64,000 bases of DNA from Candidatus Nomurabacteria bacterium (GTDB lineage: Bacteria > Patescibacteriota > Minisyncoccia > Phycocordibacterales > SBAW01): the NCBI GenBank assembly GCA_943356415.1, contig CALREW010000001.1, forward strand, positions 16,528-80,527. Reading direction: 5' to 3'. Below the pieces are notes generated by a model. The model had not been told where the DNA came from, made no database searches, and saw only the letters and a list, made by a program, of their open reading frames with translations. This document shows positions 47,200-57,517 of the stretch, one piece after another. How positions within the stretch are numbered: the first letter of the stretch is position 1; every line of letters starts with the position of its first letter. Both the position numbers and the translations under genes were made by a program.

Positions 47200-47886
47200 A
47201 TGAATTTAGGGGTACTTACGGCAAAGCAATATCGAGTTTTGGAGGTGATACGGGTGCACTTTGCTATGAGTAAAGAGTCCCCAACGGTAGAGGAGCTCCG
47301 CTGCGCGCTTGGAGTTAAATCGCTCCGTACCGTCACGCAGTACCTCGATTGCTTAGAGCAAAAGGGCTATATCGTGCGGCATAAAAACATGCACCGCAAT
47401 ATCGAGCTGCGTCGTTCAGAAGGTCGTGGCATGCCGAGCGCGATGACTATGAGCATCCCGGTTGTCGCGAATGTCGGTTGTGACGACTTGAGTGTTTTTG
47501 CTCAGGAAAATTACGACGAATATTTGGAAGTCGATAAAGAAATAGTTGATGAGGGAGATGGAGGAGTTGTGGCAGTGCGTGCCGTAGGGGACAGCATGAA
47601 CGACGCGGGTATCAATAGCGGCGATTACGTACTTATCCGGTTTAGCAACAATGCAGATAACGGGGATCGCGTTGCAGCTATCGTTGACGATATGGTGACA
47701 GTTAAAATACTGCAGCGAACTGCGGAGGCAACTATATTGAGGCCGCTCTCGAAAGATCCTCAGTACAAACCGATCGTGTTGCGTCGTGATTTCAAAATAG
47801 TCGGCAAAGTGTTGTGTGTCGTGCCAGGACAAAATGCAGAGATGACTGAAGTCGTGCCACTAAAAGATGAAGAGCAAGAGTGGTAA
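47200..47886 (+). CDS. lexA: LexA repressor
   Basis: LT.KQ...PTVEEL...LEQKGYI wHTH; GDSM Ser; TVK Lys. Confidence 0.88.
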   Translation: MNLGVLTAKQYRVLEVIRVHFAMSKESPTVEELRCALGVKSLRTVTQYLDCLEQKGYIVRHKNMHRNIELRRSEGRGMPSAMTMSIPVVANVGCDDLSVFAQENYDEYLEVDKEIVDEGDGGVVAVRAVGDSMNDAGINSGDYVLIRFSNNADNGDRVAAIVDDMVTVKILQRTAEATILRPLSKDPQYKPIVLRRDFKIVGKVLCVVPGQNAEMTEVVPLKDEEQEW

Positions 47887-47890
47887 ACGT

Positions 47891-48217
47891 ATGTATAAGG
47901 GACTTGTTGTTGAAAACAGCCTCGCTGACGCTAAGGTTCTGCGCAAAGTGAAAGTCGATAGCACGTACCGCCTCGGCGATTGGACGCTTCATGAAGTGCG
48001 CACAACGGAAGAGCAGTTGCCGCAGTTCCAGAGTTTTCTCAATGGAGGCCCGTGGTACGTGCACTTCTGGGAGGAGGGCGGCGACGATGTGAAAGTTATT
48101 TTTAAGGATCGTATGTTCGATATCCGTTACTCGGATAAAAGCACTTGGAAAGAGGCCGTTCGACACGGGCAGTCTCTGGGAATACCGCTCAAGCAGCTCG
48201 ATTTCTCGATTGATTGA
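47891..48217 (+). CDS. Conserved hypothetical protein
   Basis: YKGLVVENSL...WYVHFW...GIPLKQLDF. Confidence 0.7.
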   Translation: MYKGLVVENSLADAKVLRKVKVDSTYRLGDWTLHEVRTTEEQLPQFQSFLNGGPWYVHFWEEGGDDVKVIFKDRMFDIRYSDKSTWKEAVRHGQSLGIPLKQLDFSID

Positions 48218-48962
48218 GGTATCGTTAGGGCACATGAAATCTGTTTCTATCGCTGCAGATGCAGGATCGACTCTATCTGGAAATTTGTTCCTGCCAAAAA
48301 TCCCTAAAGATAAAAGTTCAGCCGTGCTTCTTCTTCACGGCTGGGAGAGCGCTCAAGATAGACTTTTTAGCTTGGCTGAAAGACTAGCTGAGCTTGGATA
48401 TATTTGTCTGACCGTTGACTTGCGCGGTCACGGCGAGACGCCTGGAAATCGAGGAGAACTTTCGCGCAAGGATTTTCTCAATGATGCATTCGCTGCGTAC
48501 GATTTTTTAGCAACGCAAACTCACGTAGATGTGGCTCAAATAAGTGTTGTTGGCAGTAGCTTTGGTGCGTATCTCGCAGCACTCCTTACGGCACAGCGCG
48601 CAATTGCTTGGCTAGTTATGAGAGTCCCTGCCGACTACGAAGACGAGACGTTTGAATTGCCTCGAGCGCAAGATGACGGAGATAAGGCTGTGTGGAGGAC
48701 TACGCCAAGGAGTTGGGAATCTACTGCTGCGTTGCGGGCGGTGCATGCATTTGAGGGACAGATACTTCTTGTTGAAGCAGGCCGAGACGAAGTTGTTCCA
48801 AAACAAACCATTATCAATTACAAAAGCGCAGCGCCAAAAAATATAGAACACCACGTCATGGAAGGAGCTCCCCATAGTTTTACGGGGTCGCCTCATTTGA
48901 AAGAAACATTTAACACCCTCGTTGTTGAGTGGTTGGAAAGGAGGGTAATCGGCCGTCATTGA
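48210..48962 (+). CDS. Alpha/beta hydrolase
   Basis: LLHGW, DLRGHG, GSSFG nucleophile, D and H. Confidence 0.88.
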   Translation: MIEVSLGHMKSVSIAADAGSTLSGNLFLPKIPKDKSSAVLLLHGWESAQDRLFSLAERLAELGYICLTVDLRGHGETPGNRGELSRKDFLNDAFAAYDFLATQTHVDVAQISVVGSSFGAYLAALLTAQRAIAWLVMRVPADYEDETFELPRAQDDGDKAVWRTTPRSWESTAALRAVHAFEGQILLVEAGRDEVVPKQTIINYKSAAPKNIEHHVMEGAPHSFTGSPHLKETFNTLVVEWLERRVIGRH

Positions 48963-49123
48963 CCAATGAGACTCTGTGTGCTAATATCCTAACCAATACC
49001 GTTTCTTATCGTTTTTCGTCTTGAAGCTTCTTCAGGACCGGCGGACGTCGACTGAGTCGCTGAAAACAAGCTCAAGACGGTATCAATACCAATTCACGCG
49101 GCTTTTGCCGCTTTAACTAGTTC

Positions 49124-50569
49124 ATGCCTAAAGATTCACCGGCGCATAGCGCCTCGTTCAACGGCCTCGGCATTGCGCCGAAGCTCCTCGAGATCCTCTC
49201 GGAACTCAAATACACCACTCCGACTCCAATACAGCACCAAGCCATACCGCACGCGGTAGAAGGTAAGGATGTTGTTGGTGTTGCTCAGACTGGTACCGGC
49301 AAAACACTCGCCTTTGGCGTGCCGATGCTCCAGCGTATCGCCCAGACCAAAGGGCGCGGTCTTATCCTTCTTCCTACACGTGAACTCGCGCTTCAGGTTG
49401 AGGAAGCACTCATCAAAATAGGAAAGCCACTCGGTATCCGCACGGCGGTACTCATCGGAGGTGCCTCTATGGGCCCGCAGCTCTCCGCTATACGTCGCGA
49501 CCCGCACATCATCGTCGCGACACCGGGGCGTCTCATTGACCACATGGAGCAAAAGACGCTCAAACTTGATCGCATCTCAATATTGGTACTCGATGAAGCT
49601 GACCGCATGCTCGACATGGGTTTCTGGCCGCAGATCAAACGTATCGTTGTTGCAGTACCGACCGATCGTCAGACTATGCTTTTCTCCGCAACTCTCTCAA
49701 AAGAGGTGATGGACCTCGCAAGCAAGCAGATGAAACTGCCGATCAATATCGAAGTTGCGCCGCAAGGAACCACCGCTGAGCGCGTCACGCAGGAAATATT
49801 TATTGTTCGCAAGGATGAAAAGATACGTCTGCTTGAAAAAGTGCTCACTGACTGGAAAGGCTCGACCATCGTTTTCACACGCACGAAACATGGCGCAACG
49901 CGCGTCATGAAGGGCGTAAAGCGTATGGGACATTCTGCCGCAGAAATTCACGGTAACCGCTCGCTCAACCAGCGCAAAGATGCGCTCGAAGGTTTCAAAA
50001 ACGGGCGTTACCGCGTGCTTGTAGCTACCGATATTGCTGCTCGAGGCATTGACGTTAAAGGCATCGAGCTTGTCGTTAACTACGACCTTCCTACAGTAGC
50101 GGCTGACTACGTGCACCGCATTGGTCGCACGGCACGTGCCGGCGCTGAAGGCCACGCTATTTCTTTTGCGATGCCAGACGAACGCCGCGACGTACGCGAC
50201 ATCGAACGTCTCATCCGCACGAGCCTCGCTATTACCGAACTCCCGTCTGACTTGCCAGCTGCACGTGCTGTGCCTGCGAGTGACTTTGCGCGTGAGCCAC
50301 GTCAGAGTGGCTACGGTGCAGGCCGTCGTGGTGGACAATCAAACGGGCGTGGCAACTTCGGTGCGCGCCCGCAGAGTGGAGGGTTTGGTGTATCGCGCCG
50401 CGGCACGTTCCACGCTCGTCCTGCAGTGGCTTCAGTGAGTACTCCTGGAGCTCGCGCTCCGCAGCGTCCGACCTTTGCCACTCGTCCTCCGAGTCGTCGC
50501 GCAGGCCCTACACCTCGCCCTCCTCATACAGAAGGGAATTACGAAGGAGGTGCAGAACGACTCGCGTAA
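49124..50569 (+). CDS. DEAD-box RNA helicase
   Basis: AQTGTGKT, PTRELA, DEAD, SAT, HRIGRTAR. Confidence 0.96.
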   Translation: MPKDSPAHSASFNGLGIAPKLLEILSELKYTTPTPIQHQAIPHAVEGKDVVGVAQTGTGKTLAFGVPMLQRIAQTKGRGLILLPTRELALQVEEALIKIGKPLGIRTAVLIGGASMGPQLSAIRRDPHIIVATPGRLIDHMEQKTLKLDRISILVLDEADRMLDMGFWPQIKRIVVAVPTDRQTMLFSATLSKEVMDLASKQMKLPINIEVAPQGTTAERVTQEIFIVRKDEKIRLLEKVLTDWKGSTIVFTRTKHGATRVMKGVKRMGHSAAEIHGNRSLNQRKDALEGFKNGRYRVLVATDIAARGIDVKGIELVVNYDLPTVAADYVHRIGRTARAGAEGHAISFAMPDERRDVRDIERLIRTSLAITELPSDLPAARAVPASDFAREPRQSGYGAGRRGGQSNGRGNFGARPQSGGFGVSRRGTFHARPAVASVSTPGARAPQRPTFATRPPSRRAGPTPRPPHTEGNYEGGAERLA

Positions 50570-50659
50570 ATGAGCTCAGAGCGGATACATTGACGCTTAA
50601 TGATATCTATGATACAGTGAATTGGCTTCCTACCACGTGATAGGAAGCACTTTTCCTAC

Positions 50660-50878
50660 ATGAAACCACAAGCAAATCGCACCACTACTGATACCCAGAA
50701 GCCAAACCGCCCGCAGCATAATCTTGGGAAAATCACCAAGACGTTTCAGCAGGATGGTCGCTGGATTGAAAAGAAAACCAAGACGGCAATCTTGATTTGT
50801 GTCTGTGGCACCCGTTATATAAAAACTCGTGCTCGTCAGATTACATGCCTCCGTTGCATGTTTAGCCCAAACGCGTAA
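50660..50878 (+). CDS. Small putative zinc-ribbon protein
   Basis: CVCG...CLRC, basic; followed by a hairpin. Confidence 0.55.
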   Translation: MKPQANRTTTDTQKPNRPQHNLGKITKTFQQDGRWIEKKTKTAILICVCGTRYIKTRARQITCLRCMFSPNA

Positions 50879-50902
50879 CCGCAATATTTAGTACTACCTT
50901 AA

Positions 50903-50937
50903 AACACCCCGCTCCGGCTTTTGCCGGAGCGGGGTGT
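50903..50937. terminator. Hairpin between convergent genes
   Basis: ACACCCCGCTCCGGC...GCCGGAGCGGGGTGT. Confidence 0.65.
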
Positions 50938-50965
50938 GCGGTTTTTGAGAAGCTAGGGTGAACGC

Positions 50966-51628
50966 CTACGGATTCGTGCGGAACGTACTTGCAACAGTCC
51001 ACATCACGTTACCGGAAGGGTCTACCGACTCACGCATGTAGTAGTACAGCGTGTTTGGCGTAAGACCCGTGAGCGTTATTGAACTCTGATTGTCCACGAT
51101 TGGGTCGGCGGCGCTTGATCCTTGAACGTCGGACCATGGCCATATAGGCCAGAAGGTCGCGTAGTAGATCTTGCTTACTGCCGGCTCACTGGTGCTCCAG
51201 CTAATATTTGCCGTCGTAGAAGTTTTCGCAACTACTTCGGGAGTCATGGTTGGAGCCCATACATCGCCTCCGGTTATTGGTCCGCCTGCGTTGCCGCCCG
51301 ACATAATCTCATTGAGCTTTGCTCGGGTGATAGGACCTACAGTCCCAGTCTGTGAGATGCCGTAGCGCGCTTGGAAGCGGGTAACCGCAGCTTGCGTGAG
51401 CGTGCCGTAGTAGCCAGTCACAAGTCCCTCAGGATACAGCGTCGAATCGCTCGACAGATATGTTTGGAGCGTCGTAACGTCTGTTCCTGTTGAACCAAGC
51501 GAGAGAGATCCGAAGATTTCTGCTGCTTGAGCAACTGGCACTGCGCTAAACGTGGCATACGCCAATGCGAGGGCGAACCCGAACGCAGCAGCGATAGCAC
51601 GATAGCGCGGAGTAACTAAGGTAGTCAT
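50966..51628 (-). CDS. Secreted peptidoglycan-binding plus fibronectin-III-like protein
   Basis: LSLGSTGTDV..LQ...TGYYG.LT..AV.RFQ; ITLTGLTPNTLYYY. Confidence 0.85.
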   Translation of the reverse strand: MTTLVTPRYRAIAAAFGFALALAYATFSAVPVAQAAEIFGSLSLGSTGTDVTTLQTYLSSDSTLYPEGLVTGYYGTLTQAAVTRFQARYGISQTGTVGPITRAKLNEIMSGGNAGGPITGGDVWAPTMTPEVVAKTSTTANISWSTSEPAVSKIYYATFWPIWPWSDVQGSSAADPIVDNQSSITLTGLTPNTLYYYMRESVDPSGNVMWTVASTFRTNP

Positions 51629-51800
51629 ATTTTTTAGCGATAATGCTATTAATCGACCCTGCAATATAAACGAACGCAGAGAAGGTTCGTTATTTGACGT
51701 ATTTTTATGCACGTTTCGTAAAATAGATATCGTGGGTGCTATATACATAAAAAGGCACCGCCCCACCTGACTTAAAGTGGGGCGGCTATGCCTGCAGGGT

Positions 51801-52244
51801 TTACGCGGCAACTTTCAGGGATGCTCGCGTGTGCTTGCGCACCTCGAGGAGAACCTGTGCGTAGATGGTCTCCATTAAGTCCCGTGCGGCGGGGCGTGCT
51901 GCTTCGTCACCGAACTGGCTCACCTCATACTGCTGAGTCCAGGCGTCGGCAAGGCCTTTGGCCGCGTCGCTGAGCTCCTCGATGAGGAGATAGGAGGCGG
52001 TACCAGCCTTGTCGATCCTGATTGCCAGCCTGGCATGGTGGTCGTAGGAGACCACCGTTGGTTTTTCGGTAGGCAGAAGGTGGATGTCGAGCAGAGTGCC
52101 GGCTTCGAGCTCGCCGATGACATATAGCGGCTCGCCTTGGTCGCCACACGACTGCAACATCCTCATTTCGCATGGAAGCTTCAACGGCATCTGCGGGGCG
52201 CTCCGGATGGATTGGCGAACTTGCCGAGGTAACCATAGGGACAT
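51801..52244 (-). CDS. Hypothetical protein (GC-rich)
   Basis: 147 aa ORF with GC-rich third positions. Confidence 0.55.
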   Translation of the reverse strand: MSLWLPRQVRQSIRSAPQMPLKLPCEMRMLQSCGDQGEPLYVIGELEAGTLLDIHLLPTEKPTVVSYDHHARLAIRIDKAGTASYLLIEELSDAAKGLADAWTQQYEVSQFGDEAARPAARDLMETIYAQVLLEVRKHTRASLKVAA

Positions 52245-52278
52245 AAAAGTCTCAGGTCAAGCGTGATACCATACCTGC

Positions 52279-52746
52279 ATGTTGAAGGAGGGTGACAAAG
52301 CGCCTCGTGGGGTGAAAGTGGAAGATGCGGATGGAAACGCTGCGTCACTTAAAGACTATGCAGGTAAAATTGTTGTCCTCTATTTCTATCCAAAAGACGA
52401 CACGCCAGGGTGCACTATCGAAGCGCGGCAGTTCCAGGATTATTCGGCACGTTTTAAGAAGATCGGTGTGACCGTTATCGGCGTATCAAAAGATTCAGGC
52501 ACTTCGCACCAGAAGTTTGCCAAGAAGTACGACTTATCGTTTCCGCTATGGTCTGACCCTGAGCACGCACTCATGGATGCATTCGGCGTATGGCAGTTAA
52601 AGAAAATGATGGGCCGCGAATATATGGGTACGGTTCGCGCCACGTTTATCATCGATGGTGAGGGTGTCATCGTAAAGACATTTCCGAACGTAACACCAAA
52701 AGAACATGGCGCGGAAGTATACGCAGCATTACAAGGTATGGCGTAA
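52279..52746 (+). CDS. bcp: Peroxiredoxin Bcp
   Basis: YFYPKDDTPGCT.EA. Confidence 0.9.
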   Translation: MLKEGDKAPRGVKVEDADGNAASLKDYAGKIVVLYFYPKDDTPGCTIEARQFQDYSARFKKIGVTVIGVSKDSGTSHQKFAKKYDLSFPLWSDPEHALMDAFGVWQLKKMMGREYMGTVRATFIIDGEGVIVKTFPNVTPKEHGAEVYAALQGMA

Positions 52747-52751
52747 GTCAT

Positions 52752-53333
52752 ATGAAGCGAACCCCTATCACAACCCAACATGTTGTACTTGCAGGCCTCC
52801 TCGCAGCTTTTATTGTGACCACATGGTATGTGCTTGACGTGCGGCCGGCACATGCGCCCGCATCGGAAAGCACGCCAACTGCAAAGACGTCTACCTTCGA
52901 AAGTGACGAGCTCCACCTATCGTTTAAATACCCCGGTACGTATACGCTCGTAAAGCGTGAAATCGATGTCAACGGTTCGCTTGCTACGTATTTAACCCTT
53001 ACTCATACCGGAGAGACCACCCCTGAGGCAGGTGAAGGTCCAACGGGCCTTACTGTTGCGATATTTCCGAATCCAAAGAACCTCGACTTGGCAGACTGGC
53101 TTCACAGTATGAACAGTACTGCTCCAACACCAACAAGCGGCTTCGATTTTGCAGAAACACGTGTTGATGGAAACGACGCGCTGACATATACCTCAACAGG
53201 CCTCTATGAATCAGACAACGTCGCGGTGTCGCACAAAGGGGCGATATACATATTTTCAGGAAGCTGGCGCACCCGCGAAGACCAGACGGTGAAAGATCTT
53301 GGTGCACTTATTACGTCAGTTGATTTACGATAA
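52752..53333 (+). CDS. Hypothetical membrane-anchored protein (PsbP-like fold possible)
   Basis: N-terminal TM; LSFKYP. Confidence 0.65.
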   Translation: MKRTPITTQHVVLAGLLAAFIVTTWYVLDVRPAHAPASESTPTAKTSTFESDELHLSFKYPGTYTLVKREIDVNGSLATYLTLTHTGETTPEAGEGPTGLTVAIFPNPKNLDLADWLHSMNSTAPTPTSGFDFAETRVDGNDALTYTSTGLYESDNVAVSHKGAIYIFSGSWRTREDQTVKDLGALITSVDLR

Positions 53334-53335
53334 CT

Positions 53336-53707
53336 ATGATTGGATACGCAGGAAACATCGAGGAAGCGACACTTCGCAACGAGCACTATCGAGAAGTACT
53401 CTTTACGGGCCCAGACTCGCAGTTGGTTGTTATGTCCATACCATCGGGAGTTGAGATCGGCGAAGAAGCGCACGATTTAGACCAATTTATTCGTGTAGAA
53501 GCGGGGACGGGGGAGGCAATACTGAACGGAGAAGTTCATCAAATACAGGATGGATATGCCGTCGTGGTGCCAAAAGGGACACTTCACAATATTCGCAACA
53601 CTGGCATAGAGGCGCTTAAGCTCTACACTATATACACCGCTCCTGAGCACGCGCCAGGGACGATTCATCATACTAAGGAAGATTCAGTAGCAGAGGAGGG
53701 ACACTAA
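53336..53707 (+). CDS. Cupin domain protein
   Basis: QLVVMSI..EIGEEAH..DQF; VPKGTLHN. Confidence 0.88.
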   Translation: MIGYAGNIEEATLRNEHYREVLFTGPDSQLVVMSIPSGVEIGEEAHDLDQFIRVEAGTGEAILNGEVHQIQDGYAVVVPKGTLHNIRNTGIEALKLYTIYTAPEHAPGTIHHTKEDSVAEEGH

Positions 53708-53709
53708 CG

Positions 53710-54135
53710 ATGAGTATCAAGACGTTGCGCTACCTATTTTTACTAGTAATCCTTCTTGGACTTGCGGATTCGTTGTATCTCGCCATCACAACCTTTTTAG
53801 ACATTTCTCCTGTTTGCGGACCAGCTCATGGCTGCGATGTAGTACAGACCAGTTCATATTCGCGAGTGCTCGGTATCCCGTTTTCGTATCTGGCCGTCGT
53901 TTATTACGTAGCGGGGGCTATCATTGGACCGTCGCTTGAGACGTCAGCATTTATGAGCAAGGCGGCAGTTGTTTTTGGAGCGCTTGGGGTTGTTGTCGGC
54001 GTATGGTCCGTGTATCTGCAGGTATTTGTCATACACGCATTCTGCCTCTATTGCAGCGCGCTCGATGTTTTTGCGCTGGTATTATTTAGTATTGCTACAG
54101 TGCTCGCTCAGCGGTTTCGGCAACGCGAATTTTAA
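53710..54135 (+). CDS. Vitamin K epoxide reductase family protein
   Basis: C....GCDVV.TSSYS..LGIP; CLYC. Confidence 0.88.
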   Translation: MSIKTLRYLFLLVILLGLADSLYLAITTFLDISPVCGPAHGCDVVQTSSYSRVLGIPFSYLAVVYYVAGAIIGPSLETSAFMSKAAVVFGALGVVVGVWSVYLQVFVIHAFCLYCSALDVFALVLFSIATVLAQRFRQREF

Positions 54136-54953
54136 TAATCGTAGGAGGGACGGCGCATACGTTGCCACATCTTCCAAAGGAAGAAGAAAAACGCGAGTGC
54201 AAAGACTGGGTAGAAAATACCAGCTTTCGATATAAGGAGATTGAACGCTTGGTAGATATACAAAAGTAGCGTGCGCAGTATCTGCCAGAGTGTAAGCGTG
54301 CGGCTTTCACTTTTGGCTTCGGGGGTATCTTTTTCAGCAAGCGCGGCTTTCTTTGCGGTTATCTCGGCAACTTTTATTTTGGCATCAGAAGAATGAGCAG
54401 AAAGAAAATTACTACCGCTTTTACGCCAGGTATCGACGGTATTGAAGACGGGAGCAGTGACCTCTGCAATTTGTGTGGAGACACCGGCAATGAGGCCTTG
54501 GATTGATTGTGAGTCGGTGAATGAAGCGTCCGTAGAAAGGTTAGGAAGGCCAGCCACAACGGCTGCCTCGCTCTTCGCTGCGTCTTTCGATGCAACGGTC
54601 ACTTTCAATACTTCAGTCCGCTTCGCGGTTGAATCCGATGGGTTCGCGAGTTCAACTGCTATTTCATGCGCACCTGCTTTGGGGGACCACGATACAGACA
54701 TCACACGAGCTTCTTCAGCTTTAAGACTGAGAGGAAGAGATCCGATGCCTCTGCCGCCATCGCGAAAGACGAGGTTACCGGTGAGCGTTTTGTTCGAGCC
54801 GTTTGTAAGTGCGGCGTGAATAAGGACAGTCTCACCCTCAACGATCGGCGTGTTTGAGATCCACACAGGCTCTCCAGAAAATCCGATGGCAGCGGCTGAG
54901 ACGAGAGTGGGGAAGAAAAGGGTAATGGCGACGACACCTACGTTGCGATACAT
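54132..54953 (-). CDS. Secreted Ig-like (CARDB-like) protein with C-terminal membrane anchor
   Basis: Signal peptide; EGETVLI...W..KAGAHEI; C-terminal TM. Confidence 0.65.
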   Translation of the reverse strand: MYRNVGVVAITLFFPTLVSAAAIGFSGEPVWISNTPIVEGETVLIHAALTNGSNKTLTGNLVFRDGGRGIGSLPLSLKAEEARVMSVSWSPKAGAHEIAVELANPSDSTAKRTEVLKVTVASKDAAKSEAAVVAGLPNLSTDASFTDSQSIQGLIAGVSTQIAEVTAPVFNTVDTWRKSGSNFLSAHSSDAKIKVAEITAKKAALAEKDTPEAKSESRTLTLWQILRTLLLYIYQAFNLLISKAGIFYPVFALAFFFFLWKMWQRMRRPSYDY

Positions 54954-55032
54954 ATAAAAATTGTACACCACAAAATGAGCTGCCTGGGGATAAGTGGATA
55001 TTTTGAGAATTATATGGTATAGTTTTTCCACT

Positions 55033-56067
55033 ATGGATGAGCCCCGCAGCATTGGCGCGCGTCTCAGGGCGTATTTCCTGCCTTCGGCAGAAAATCAGTA
55101 TCGCCCGCACTCGCTGTCTCGTGACGCTCTTATTACCGTCGTCGCACTTACCTGCGTTGTGGAGGGGTTCCTTCTTACGTCGCTCTTTATGCAGTCTGGG
55201 GCCGGTCAGTTTGCAGCAGCAGTTCTTAAGGGGGCAATTGTTAACCTCACAAACAACGAGCGTTCGACGCTTGGTTTGGGAGATTTAAATACCAACCCGC
55301 TTCTTACGGCCGCTGCACAAGCAAAGGCTGATGATATGGCTGCGCGGGGATATTTTTCACATAAAGATCCAAACGGTTCAGAACCGTGGAAGTGGGTGAT
55401 TGATGCGGGATACGATTACGCATATGCGGGAGAAAATCTTGCAGTACGCTTCTTTGATTCAGCTGACGTTGTGGATGCATGGATGCACTCGCCGTCGCAT
55501 CGAGCGAACGTTGTGAAGGGGGTGTACAAAGATATTGGTATCGGAGTTGCCGAGGGTACCTATGAAGGGCAAAAGACCACGTTTGTTGTCCAATTTTTTG
55601 GAACTTCACGTGCCGAATTAGGCATTGCGCCCGCATCACAACCTGTGGCTGCTCAGCCGAAACCTGCACCGGTGGCCGCAAAAGTAGCGGCGGCTTCAGT
55701 TGCAGAAGTTCCGGAAGTGCCAGTTGAGACTGCAGTTTCTGAGGCGCTGACGTCTGCCCCTGTGCCTGCTCAACCTACTGTCGAAGGGCGTTCAACACAG
55801 ATACCTTCATCGGTTGTGCGTATTTTTAATTCACCACGCACCATGGCCCTCTCTATTCTTGCGGCCATCCTGACGCTCCTTATTGTTGCCCTCGTTCTGG
55901 CGATTGTTATCCATATGCACGTGCAGCCTGTCGACATGCTCCTCTCAGGAGCGGTTGTGACAGCGTTTGTTTTCGCGATCTTCGCATTCAATAGTTTCGT
56001 CCTTACTGGTGCCACGGTACCTGAGAGCACACCCGCCGCATCGGTGCACGCTCTCGATCTTCGCTAA
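55033..56067 (+). CDS. CAP/SCP domain membrane protein
   Basis: AQAKADDMAARGYFSH, AGENLA, AWMHSPSHRAN. Confidence 0.9.
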   Translation: MDEPRSIGARLRAYFLPSAENQYRPHSLSRDALITVVALTCVVEGFLLTSLFMQSGAGQFAAAVLKGAIVNLTNNERSTLGLGDLNTNPLLTAAAQAKADDMAARGYFSHKDPNGSEPWKWVIDAGYDYAYAGENLAVRFFDSADVVDAWMHSPSHRANVVKGVYKDIGIGVAEGTYEGQKTTFVVQFFGTSRAELGIAPASQPVAAQPKPAPVAAKVAAASVAEVPEVPVETAVSEALTSAPVPAQPTVEGRSTQIPSSVVRIFNSPRTMALSILAAILTLLIVALVLAIVIHMHVQPVDMLLSGAVVTAFVFAIFAFNSFVLTGATVPESTPAASVHALDLR

Positions 56068-56182
56068 TTTTTACTATCGTTATAGTTTTTGCGTGCATAC
56101 TCCTGTGAGCTATAGCTCACAGGAGTATGCACGCACTGTTCCATCGCACAGCCATCGAAGTTTCTGCTACCATGGATGACCT

Positions 56183-57466
56183 ATGCAGGATCCATTCCAG
56201 TCATACCTCGCGACACTTCATTCAACCGCTGCAGTACTTGGTTTAACCACCGCTGACATTGACGCGCTCTCAACTCCCGACCGGATTATCGAACGGACAC
56301 TGGAAGTTGAACGTGATTCTGGCGAAAAAGTTTCCTTACAGGCATATCGTGTGCAGTTTAATAACGCGCGTGGGCCGTACAAAGGCGGTATTAGATTTCA
56401 TCCAAACGCCGATCAGTCCGAAGTAAAAGCGCTCGCTGCACTTATGGCACTTAAATGTGCCGTGGTAAACATTCCACTTGGTGGGGCTAAAGGGGGTGTG
56501 GCGTTCGATCCAAAGGGCTACTCAAAAGCAGAAATAGAGCGCGTTGCGCGGGCGTTTGCGCGTGCATTTGCAAACGACATCGGCCCGGATCGTGACATAC
56601 CAGCACCGGACGTTTATACAACTGCAGAGATAATGGGGTACATACTCGACGAATATGAGCGCGTGCACGGCATAAGTGCGCCCGCAGTTATTACTGGAAA
56701 ACCACTGGCACTTGGCGGCAGTTTGGGACGCGATACCGCCACTTCACAAGGGGGTGTGTATGTACTGGAAGAATTACGCATACGTCTGGGCAAAGAGCGT
56801 AGCGATATGCGCGTTGCGATACATGGTTTTGGAAATGTCGGCTATCACGCGGCGCGCATATTGCATTCTCTTGGATACCGCATCGTTGCGCTTGCGGATA
56901 GCAAAGGAGGCTTAGTATCGGAGCGAGGACTTGATCCTATGGCCGCCCATCGCGCGAAGCACGAGACTCATTCAATAACGAATTTGTATTGTGAAGGTTC
57001 GGTATGCGATACCGTGAAGATGTCTGAAGATGCTGCTCGGGTTGTCTCTCCGAATGATGTTCTTACAATGTCTTGTGATGTCCTTATTCCTGCAGCGCTC
57101 GACGGGGTTATTACTGAGGAGAACGCAAAAGATATCCGCGCATCGATAGTTCTCGAACTCGCCAATGGTCCTACTACGCCGGCGGCGGATGCGATTTTAA
57201 AGGAGAGGAATATTTTGGTTATTCCAGACATTCTTGCAAATGCAGGTGGAGTGACGGTTTCATATTTCGAATGGCTACAAAATCGGACTGGTGAACGTTG
57301 GGATGAAGAAGTTGTGCATGCGCGGCTGCGTCCTCTTATGACTGACTCCTTTAATGAAATTTGGAGTATTCACGATGAGAGAGACATTACCTTGAGACAG
57401 GCTGCCTATGTGCTTGGTATAGGGCGTATCCTTGAGGCAATGCGTGCGCGTGGGAAGCAGCAGTAA
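56183..57466 (+). CDS. Glu/Leu/Phe/Val dehydrogenase (glutamate dehydrogenase)
   Basis: GPYKGGIRF, GGAKGG, DIPAPD, GFGNVG, ANAGGVTVSYFEW. Confidence 0.93.
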   Translation: MQDPFQSYLATLHSTAAVLGLTTADIDALSTPDRIIERTLEVERDSGEKVSLQAYRVQFNNARGPYKGGIRFHPNADQSEVKALAALMALKCAVVNIPLGGAKGGVAFDPKGYSKAEIERVARAFARAFANDIGPDRDIPAPDVYTTAEIMGYILDEYERVHGISAPAVITGKPLALGGSLGRDTATSQGGVYVLEELRIRLGKERSDMRVAIHGFGNVGYHAARILHSLGYRIVALADSKGGLVSERGLDPMAAHRAKHETHSITNLYCEGSVCDTVKMSEDAARVVSPNDVLTMSCDVLIPAALDGVITEENAKDIRASIVLELANGPTTPAADAILKERNILVIPDILANAGGVTVSYFEWLQNRTGERWDEEVVHARLRPLMTDSFNEIWSIHDERDITLRQAAYVLGIGRILEAMRARGKQQ

Positions 57467-57517
57467 TCCAGAGGGCCTTTCTTGCCAGCAGATAATAAGA
57501 GAGGGTATTCTTTACCC

